In this document: in pieces, positions 57,112 through 64,000 of the stretch
Layout of the letters: each line of letters opens with the position of its first letter
Position numbering within the stretch: the first letter of the stretch is position 1
Assembly: GCA_040901675.1 (NCBI GenBank)
Contig: JBBDYJ010000013.1
Location: forward strand, 32,001 to 96,000
DNA: 64,000 nt
Direction of reading: 5' to 3'
From: Pirellulales bacterium
GTDB taxonomy: Bacteria; Planctomycetota; Planctomycetia; Pirellulales; JAICIG01
Notes under the pieces: model-generated
The model's database searches: none
The model's input: the letters and a program-made list of their open reading frames with translations, nothing else
What the model was told of the DNA's origin: nothing
Translations under genes and position numbers: made by a program

Positions 57112-57626
57112 ACGACAGCAACATCAGCAAGAGTTTGTTGGACCGGGGGGAACAGGTGGAAACACGGGTGGTCTCGGGACGAAATCGGTTTCAAAGGGTT
57201 TCGCGACTGGAGAAGATCTGCCGGTTGTGCCGAAGATACCGACGCGGAGCCGCAGCCGTGGAGTTCGCGGTCGTGGTTCCCGTGTTCTTCCTGTTTGTGT
57301 TTGGCTCACTCGAATTTGGACGCTTGCTGATGGTTCAGGCAGTCATCACCAACGCCGCCCGGGAAGGCGCCCGCAAGGGAGTGCTCGACGGTTCCACCAC
57401 CGAAGGTGTCACCGCCGCGGTGAACGACTACCTGACGCAGTCGTCCGTCTCCGGCGCGACTGTGACGGTTACTCCGAGCCCGCCCAGCAGTGCCGGTTAT
57501 GGAGAACCTGTCACGGTTAGCGTCACGATTCCTTTCGATCAAGTCAGTTGGCTACCATCGCCAATGTTCTTAGGTGGAAGAACGATGGCCGCCAGCACCG
57601 TCATGCGTCGTGAAAGTGTTGAGTAG
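57108..57626 (+). CDS. tadE: TadE-like pseudopilin
   Basis: RRGAAAVEFAVVVP...NAAREGAR. Start uncertain. Confidence 0.9.
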   Translation: MNDSNISKSLLDRGEQVETRVVSGRNRFQRVSRLEKICRLCRRYRRGAAAVEFAVVVPVFFLFVFGSLEFGRLLMVQAVITNAAREGARKGVLDGSTTEGVTAAVNDYLTQSSVSGATVTVTPSPPSSAGYGEPVTVSVTIPFDQVSWLPSPMFLGGRTMAASTVMRRESVE

Positions 57627-57673
57627 AGCCAAGTGCGCCGCGCGTGCTCGCGGCCAACGGTTGGAGGGGGGAC

Positions 57674-58687
57674 ATGCGTCCAAAATCAGTGATCCTGCTG
57701 ATCCTGGCGCTAGGCTGCGGCCTGGTGGCCTCGGTCGGCATCAACCAGGTGATGGCCAATCGCCGGGGCAACACCAACGAGCCGACCGAGACGGTACCCG
57801 TCCTGGTGACGTTGGGCGAAATCGGCATCGGCGATCCATTGAAACCTGAAATGCTCAAGCTGGAACAATGGCCCAAGAATAACGTGCCCAGCGGGGCGCT
57901 CGGCAAACTCGAGGACATCGAGGGTCGGGTCACCCGCGTCCGGTTTTATCCGGGCGAGCCGGTTCTCGACGCCAAACTGCTCGGCAAGGGAGAAAAAGGC
58001 ACGGCGGCCTCAGGGCATATCCCGACCGGCATGCGCGTGGTCTCGGTCCGCGTGGACGCGGTGAGCAGCTCCAGTGGGCTGATTCTGCCAGGCGATCGGG
58101 TCGACGTGCTCGTTCACGTCACCGAAAACCAGAACAAGGGCATTCCCCAGACCAGCACCAGGACCTTCCTGCAGAATGTGAAGGTGTTCGCGGTCGACGA
58201 CCTGTTTAACCGCAACAAGGACGAAAGCGCGATGGCCGCGAAGACCATTTCGCTGTTGGTTACGCCCAAGCAGGCCGAGTTGGTGATGCTGGCCACGCAG
58301 TTGGGCACTCTGCAGTTGGTCATGCGCAGCAACACGGACGAATCGAACTCCGACGCTCCGGGCGCCTCGGTGGAGGAGCTGTTGCAACACGACGATCAGT
58401 TCGCCTCCAGGCCGGCGCCGGTCGTGGGCCCGCGGGGCAAGAACCCGCTCATCCAGTTGCTCAATCAGCCCACCAAGCCGGAGCCTCAAGGCAAGCCAAG
58501 GGCCAGCGCCTGGGTGATGGAAGTGATCGAGGGGGGCACCGTGCGGGAAGTGGAGTTTGAGAACGAGGCACGTGCGGGCAAGACGGTGCCCGGCAGCACG
58601 AGACAGGTCAACCCGGCCCCGGGACCGGAGCCGCAGGCCGACAAAGACGACGAAGAAAAGCCTTCCCCCGACGAGGATGACAAATAA
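57674..58687 (+). CDS. cpaB: Flp pilus assembly protein CpaB/RcpC
   Basis: SAF-like domain, IPTGMRVVSVRV, GLILPGDRVDVL. Confidence 0.93.
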   Translation: MRPKSVILLILALGCGLVASVGINQVMANRRGNTNEPTETVPVLVTLGEIGIGDPLKPEMLKLEQWPKNNVPSGALGKLEDIEGRVTRVRFYPGEPVLDAKLLGKGEKGTAASGHIPTGMRVVSVRVDAVSSSSGLILPGDRVDVLVHVTENQNKGIPQTSTRTFLQNVKVFAVDDLFNRNKDESAMAAKTISLLVTPKQAELVMLATQLGTLQLVMRSNTDESNSDAPGASVEELLQHDDQFASRPAPVVGPRGKNPLIQLLNQPTKPEPQGKPRASAWVMEVIEGGTVREVEFENEARAGKTVPGSTRQVNPAPGPEPQADKDDEEKPSPDEDDK

Positions 58688-58810
58688 CCGACGACAAGAC
58701 AACCCGGGCGCCCAGGCGCCATGGACATGGGGGCCGCCGCCACCAGCGGCGGCCAAAACACGGACGGTACGACTGATCGATCGCACGGATTTTCGCAAGG
58801 AAGTTCAAGG

Positions 58811-60568
58811 ATGCTCACTCCAAGCCTACGGCGACCCCTCGCCTCGCGCCTGGCGCATGTTTTCTCGGCGGCATTGACGGCGGCCCCGAAGCTCGTTGGT
58901 TGTCTGGGCCTCATGGCCGGGCTGCTGGCGGCGCCCGGCCGGCTAGCGGGCCAACACATGGGCCCCAACCCCCTGGTGCACCGCGTGCAGGGGGCCAGCC
59001 AACGGCTGGAGATGATCGTCAACACCAGCCGCATCCTGACGCTGGACCAGAAGATCCCCCGCGTCGGCGTGAACAACAAGGAAGTGCTCGACCTCACGCC
59101 GCTCTCGGCCACGCAGGTCCAGATCCTGGCCAAGAAGGCGGGTGTCACCCAGGTCAACCTGTGGGACGAACAGGAGAACGTCCACGTCGTCGACGTGATC
59201 GTGTTCGGCGACGCCCAGGAGCTGTCGATGCTGTTGCAGTCGCAGTTTCCCAAGGCCTCGCTCAAGGTCATTCCCCTGGCGTCCAGCGTGTTGATATCGG
59301 GTTACGTGGACGACCCCGACCAGGTGGACCGGATCATCAAGATGGCCGAGGACTACCATACCAAGGTCATCAACAACATCCGCGTGGGCGGCGTGCAGCA
59401 AGTGCTGCTGCAGGTCCGCGTGATGGAAGTCTCGCGCACCAAGCTGCGGGCAGCGGGAGTGGATTTCGCCGCCCTTAATTCCGGCGGCGATTTCTTCGTC
59501 TCCAGCATCAGCGGCCTGATTGCGACCGTGGCGGACGCGGCGGAGGGCAGCGGCGGCGGAACGATGCAGCTCGGCATTCTCGACTCGGGCAACTCGTTCT
59601 TTGCCTTCCTCGAGCTGCTGCAGGAGCGGAAGCTGGCCAAGATCCTGGCCGAGCCGCAACTGGTGACGGTCAGCGGGCGGCCGGCGTTCTTCAACTCGGG
59701 CGGTGAGTTTCCGATCCTGGTGCCGCAGAGCCTGGGCACCGTCTCGGTGCAGTACCGCAAGTTCGGCACGCAGGTCGACTTCGTGCCGATCGTGCTGGGC
59801 AACGGGGCCATCCGCCTGGAAGTACGGCCGCGGGTCAGCGAAATCGACGAGTCGCGCAGCGTGACGATCAACGACACCAGCGTGCCCGGCTTGCGGGTCC
59901 GCGAGGTCGATACGGGGGTCGAGATGCGTGCCGGTCAGACCTTGGCCATCGCCGGCCTGGTGCAGAACCGGGTGGCGGCCCAAGTCCGCGGGGTGCCTTG
60001 GATCAGCGACCTGCCCTGGGTGGGCGCCGCTTTCCGCAAAACAAGCGAAACGACCGAGGAGATCGAACTCTTGATCTTGGTGACTCCTCAACTGGTGGAC
60101 GCCCTGGATCCGCACGAAGTGCCCCCCTGCGGGCCGGGCTTCGACACAGCCAGTCCCACCGACATCCAGTTGTACATGCGAGGTCACATCGAGGTGCCCC
60201 GCTGCTGCACCGACGGGAGCTGCAGCGACTGCCGCGCCCGTGGCGGCATCGGCCCCGACGTGCTGCCCCCCGGCGCCTATGAAGTGCCGGTGGAATCGAT
60301 CGGGCCCCCACCCACGCCCCAGCCCGGACAATCGGGCCAGCGTGGCAAGGCCTCGAACGTCCGGCCCACGCGGCTGCCGGCCAGCGGCGACTCCCTGCGG
60401 CGGGCACCGTCGGGCTCGGATGAAACCTCGGCCGGCCCGGCCGCTTCTGGACGGCAACACCGTCACAAGCCGTCCAGCCGCAACCGGCAGGCTCCTTCGG
60501 CGCAAGCGGTCGGGCAAAAAACGCCTCCCGGCTTCATCGGCCCCATCGGCTATGACGTGGTAAAGTAA
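58811..60568 (+). CDS. cpaC: Tad secretin CpaC/RcpA
   Basis: QQVLLQVRVMEVSR, ILAEPQLVTVSGRPAFFNSGGEFP, GQTLAIAGL, ELLILVTP. Start uncertain. Confidence 0.93.
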   Translation: MLTPSLRRPLASRLAHVFSAALTAAPKLVGCLGLMAGLLAAPGRLAGQHMGPNPLVHRVQGASQRLEMIVNTSRILTLDQKIPRVGVNNKEVLDLTPLSATQVQILAKKAGVTQVNLWDEQENVHVVDVIVFGDAQELSMLLQSQFPKASLKVIPLASSVLISGYVDDPDQVDRIIKMAEDYHTKVINNIRVGGVQQVLLQVRVMEVSRTKLRAAGVDFAALNSGGDFFVSSISGLIATVADAAEGSGGGTMQLGILDSGNSFFAFLELLQERKLAKILAEPQLVTVSGRPAFFNSGGEFPILVPQSLGTVSVQYRKFGTQVDFVPIVLGNGAIRLEVRPRVSEIDESRSVTINDTSVPGLRVREVDTGVEMRAGQTLAIAGLVQNRVAAQVRGVPWISDLPWVGAAFRKTSETTEEIELLILVTPQLVDALDPHEVPPCGPGFDTASPTDIQLYMRGHIEVPRCCTDGSCSDCRARGGIGPDVLPPGAYEVPVESIGPPPTPQPGQSGQRGKASNVRPTRLPASGDSLRRAPSGSDETSAGPAASGRQHRHKPSSRNRQAPSAQAVGQKTPPGFIGPIGYDVVK

Positions 60569-60682
60569 ATAGGCCGGAGCCGCGGGGCCTTGGCGTGCAC
60601 CCTGGCATGCAGGCGCGCAACGACCCGCGGCTCACGGCGGCGGCCCGCCGAGCCATCCACGCGTTGAGGTAGTCGAAACACC

Positions 60683-61906
60683 ATGAGTAACGTGCTCCGC
60701 TTGGCCATTGTCGATCCGAGCGACGCCACGCGCGATAACCTGAAGACCATGTTGCTGGGCATGGATCGCGTTTGGCTCGAGGCCGAGTGCTCGCGCTACG
60801 AGTTCTTTTCCGACGTGGTGGCTCAGACGCATCCGGACATCGGCATCGTGGCCTTGGACCACGACGTGGACAAGGCGCTGGAGCTGGTCGTCAAGCTGAA
60901 CGACACTTCGCCCGAGTGCAGCATCCTGGTCGTGAGCAGCTCGGCCGACGGCAAGCTGATCCTGCGGGCCATGCGGGCCGGCGCCAAGGAGTTTCTGACG
61001 CAGCCGATCCGCATCCAGGACCTGCTCGACTCCCTGGAGCGGATCAGCGACCGGCGTTTCGGGCGCGGAGAGACCAAGGCCCGCGGCAGCTTCGTCATCG
61101 CCGTGGCCGGGGCCACCGGCGGCGTCGGCACCACCAGCGTGGCCGTGAACCTGGGCTGCATCCTGGCCCAGGATCCAAAGAACACGGTGGCCCTGGTCGA
61201 CCTGGATCTCTGCTTGGGCGACGCCGACGTGTTCCTCGACACGATCCCCGACTACACGCTGGTCGACGTCTCGCAGAATGTCACCCGGCTCGATTTCACC
61301 TTGTTGAAGCGGTCGCTTACCAAGCATTCCTCGGGGTTGTTCCTGCTGCCGCGCCCCGTGCAGATGGAAGACATGGAGCTGATCACCGCCGACGACCTGC
61401 AGCGCGTGTTCGGCTTGCTCAAGGCCACCTTCACCCACCTCGTGATCGATCTATCCAAGAGCTACAGCGCTTTGGACCTGGTGGCCCTGGAGATGGCCAG
61501 CCACGTCCTGCTGGTTACCCAGCTCGACTTGCCCTGCCTGCGCAACGTCGTGCGGTTGATGATGTCGTTCGGCAACATGAAAGGCGTGGCCGACAAGGTC
61601 AAAATCGTCGTCAACCGGGTGGGCCTGGACAACGGCAACATCAGCCTCAAGAAGGCCCAGGATACGATCGGCCGGGAGATCTTCTGGCAGTTGCCCAACG
61701 ACTACCGCACCATGGTCGAGGTCCGCAACAACGGCGTGCCCTTGATCGAGCAAGCGCCGAAGGCTTCGATTACCCAGGCCCTGGTTCAACTCAGCGAAAC
61801 CCTGGTGGGCCCGGCCAAAGCCGCCGATTCCGAAGACGAGCCAGGGGCCAAGGCCTCGCGCAGCCTGCTCAGCTTCTGGCCCGTCAAGGGCAAGGGCGGC
61901 AAATAA
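60683..61906 (+). CDS. cpaE: CpaE/TadZ pilus localisation protein (pseudo-receiver plus MinD-like domain)
   Basis: AMRAGAKEFL, degenerate Walker A GATGGVGTT, VDLDL, LPNDY. Confidence 0.9.
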   Translation: MSNVLRLAIVDPSDATRDNLKTMLLGMDRVWLEAECSRYEFFSDVVAQTHPDIGIVALDHDVDKALELVVKLNDTSPECSILVVSSSADGKLILRAMRAGAKEFLTQPIRIQDLLDSLERISDRRFGRGETKARGSFVIAVAGATGGVGTTSVAVNLGCILAQDPKNTVALVDLDLCLGDADVFLDTIPDYTLVDVSQNVTRLDFTLLKRSLTKHSSGLFLLPRPVQMEDMELITADDLQRVFGLLKATFTHLVIDLSKSYSALDLVALEMASHVLLVTQLDLPCLRNVVRLMMSFGNMKGVADKVKIVVNRVGLDNGNISLKKAQDTIGREIFWQLPNDYRTMVEVRNNGVPLIEQAPKASITQALVQLSETLVGPAKAADSEDEPGAKASRSLLSFWPVKGKGGK

Positions 61907-62097
61907 ACAGGCTACGGACGAGTGAAATGGGGTAGCAGAACTCGCCAGAGTTCTGGTGAAGTGCCGTCTGGGCACCGCGTTCCTGCAATCGCTTATCCCC
62001 TCCGGATAACTCCGGACGAGCACTGCTTCTCGTCCGCCTTTGGCGGACCACGGCGGCCCCTCCAAGCAGTGGCACGTCTCCAAGCAGTGGCACCATT

Positions 62098-62550
62098 CTA
62101 AGGCCGGCTGACGTCCGAGTCGAAGACGCGGACTTTACTCCATAGCGAGCGGCTCTGTTCCACGAATCTCACGTGGCGTTCCGAGACCTGGTAGTCGTCG
62201 TGCGCCTTGCGGTCGCGAAACACCAGGTGCAATCCCACGTCAAAATCGACGTCGTTCACTTCGCGGTCCAGGTCGCTCACCGTCCCCGCGGCATAAAACT
62301 CCGTGCCTGGATGGTCCGACAGATACTCGTGACAGGCCTCGACCAGCTTTCGCCGGTTTTCAGGCGTCGATTCCTTGAGCGAGAAATAGACATTGTGAGC
62401 GAGCATCGGTTCCTTTCCTTCGGCCGCATCGGCCAGGGCGGTTCGCGGGCCGGTCGGAGTATACGACACGCCGGCCACGGTCCACGCAGCGCCGGCTGAA
62501 ATGAGGCAGAGCATGCCAAGCGACCAGCGCCGTTTCGAGTTCGTCTTCAT
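62098..62550 (-). CDS. Dabb (stress-responsive A/B barrel) family protein with signal peptide
   Basis: LAHNVYFSLK...FDVGLHLVF...HDDYQVSERH...VRVFD. aggag RBS. Confidence 0.85.
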   Translation of the reverse strand: MKTNSKRRWSLGMLCLISAGAAWTVAGVSYTPTGPRTALADAAEGKEPMLAHNVYFSLKESTPENRRKLVEACHEYLSDHPGTEFYAAGTVSDLDREVNDVDFDVGLHLVFRDRKAHDDYQVSERHVRFVEQSRSLWSKVRVFDSDVSRP

Positions 62551-62586
62551 TCGATTGATGTCTCCTATGGGCACCCACGTTGGGCG

Positions 62587-64000
62587 TCACTTGCCCCGCT
62601 TGGCCGGTTCCGTCTTGCCAGCGACGAGCGGCTGGCCGTTGGTCTGTTCGGTTCTGGCCAGGGCCGGCCCGATCAGCTCTTCGATCTCGCGGTCGTCGAG
62701 AACTTCGCGTTCCGACAGGGCGTTGGCGATGGCGTCGAGCTTGTCGCGGTGCTCGGCCAGGATGGCCTTGGCCTGGTCGGCGGCCGAGTGCAGGATGCGG
62801 GCCACTTCTTCATCGATCACCTGCGCCGTGTGCTCGCTGAACTCGCGCGGCTCCTGCAGGTCCCTGCCCAGGAAGGGATGCTCTTCGCTGGTGCGATAAG
62901 CCACGGGCCCCAGCCGCTCACTCATGCCCCAGTGCGTGACCATGCGGCGGGCCAGTTGAGTCGAGCGTTTCAGATCGTCCTCGGCCCCGGCGCTGTGCTC
63001 GTCGAACACGAGCTTCTCGGCCGCCCGGCCGCCCATCATGAATATCAGCCGGGCGTGCAATTCGCTCTCGCTGATGTTCAGCCGGTCTTCCTCGGGCAGC
63101 AACTGGGTCACTCCCAGCGCCCGCCCGCGGGGAATGATCGTCACCTTGTGCAGGCGATCGGCGCCGGGCACCAGCCAGGCCAGCAAGGCATGCCCCGCCT
63201 CATGGTAGGCGGTCATCACTTTCTCCTTGCCGGTGAGCACCTCTTCACGCTTGGCGCCCATCAGGATCTTGTCGCGGGCCACATCGAAGTCGAGCATGTC
63301 GACGTGGTCCTTCCCCTGCCGCGTCGCCCACAGGGCCGCCTCGTTGACCAGGTTGCGGATATCCGCTCCGGTCAGGCCCACCGTGCCCTGCGCCAGGCGG
63401 TGCAGGTCGACGTCGTCGGCCAGCGGCACCTCGCGGCTATGGACTCGGAAGATCGCTTCGCGGCCCTTCAGGTTCGGTCGATCGACCGTCACGTGGCGGT
63501 CGAACCGGCCGGGCCGCAGCAGCGCCGGATCGAGCACGTCGGGGCGGTTGGTGGCGGCCAGCACGATCACCGACTCATTCGGGCTGAACCCGTCCATCTC
63601 GCTGAGGATCTGGTTGAGGGTCTGCTCCCGCTCGTCGTGGCCGCCGCCGAGCCCCGCGCCGCGGACCCGTCCCACGGCGTCGATTTCGTCGATGAACAGG
63701 ATGCAGGGCGACGCTTCCTTGGCCGTCTTGAACATGTCGCGGACCCGGCTGGCTCCCACCCCGACGAACATCTGGATGAATTCCGAGCCGTTGATCGAAA
63801 AGAAGGGCACGCCGGCCTCGCCCGCCACGGCTTTAGCCAGCAGGGTCTTGCCGGCGCCCGGCGGTCCCATCAACAGCACGCCTTTGGGGATGCGTCCGCC
63901 GAGCCGCTGAAACTTCTCGGGGTTCTTCAAGAACTCGACCACTTCCGCCAGGTCGTTCTTGACGCCTTCCAGGCCGGCCACGTCCTCGAACGTTGTCCGC
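62587..64000 (-). CDS. ftsH: ATP-dependent zinc metalloprotease FtsH (5'-truncated at the window edge)
   Basis: [41 protein letters not shown]. Confidence 0.97.
   Translation of the reverse strand, partial: RTTFEDVAGLEGVKNDLAEVVEFLKNPEKFQRLGGRIPKGVLLMGPPGAGKTLLAKAVAGEAGVPFFSINGSEFIQMFVGVGASRVRDMFKTAKEASPCILFIDEIDAVGRVRGAGLGGGHDEREQTLNQILSEMDGFSPNESVIVLAATNRPDVLDPALLRPGRFDRHVTVDRPNLKGREAIFRVHSREVPLADDVDLHRLAQGTVGLTGADIRNLVNEAALWATRQGKDHVDMLDFDVARDKILMGAKREEVLTGKEKVMTAYHEAGHALLAWLVPGADRLHKVTIIPRGRALGVTQLLPEEDRLNISESELHARLIFMMGGRAAEKLVFDEHSAGAEDDLKRSTQLARRMVTHWGMSERLGPVAYRTSEEHPFLGRDLQEPREFSEHTAQVIDEEVARILHSAADQAKAILAEHRDKLDAIANALSEREVLDDREIEELIGPALARTEQTNGQPLVAGKTEPAKRGK

Overview
High-GC bacterial DNA, very probably from a planctomycete (Pirellulales-like). 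Support: a PVC-type heme CxxCH protein, a planctomycete 'ERLEDRLLL' extracellular N-terminus, an 'EDGPTAVEY' Flp pilin and an rRNA locus without 16S. Left to right: (1) C-terminus of a probable sulfatase, a Gfo/Idh/MocA oxidoreductase, a pore-less voltage-sensor-like membrane protein, an ArsC/Spx-like UxxC selenoprotein whose N-terminus the ORF track misses (in-frame TGA plus SECIS-like hairpin), two membrane GTPases around a gluzincin peptidase, and a surface protein. (2) A minus-strand tRNA-Ile, tRNA-Ala, 23S, 5S locus with no 16S. (3) Two amidohydrolases with a PVC cytochrome-c protein, a TPR-thioredoxin and a BON protein. (4) A lipoprotein, TPR, ExbB, ExbD operon ending in a TonB/TolA-like anchored (alpha/alpha)-barrel protein, then two tatA genes. 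(5) tRNA-Val(CAC) with a duplicated 3' end enclosing a PIN toxin-antitoxin pair, then a lower-GC Wsp-like chemosensory cluster and a two-component/HD-GYP block. (6) A four-gene DUF362/FG-GAP-ASPIC operon. (7) A c-di-GMP-I riboswitch upstream of a partial Flp/Tad pilus locus, a Dabb protein and a partial ftsH. Intergenic DNA carries a REP/REPIN-like palindrome family and heptamer/octamer tandem arrays. All calls are by eye from motifs; no searches were run.
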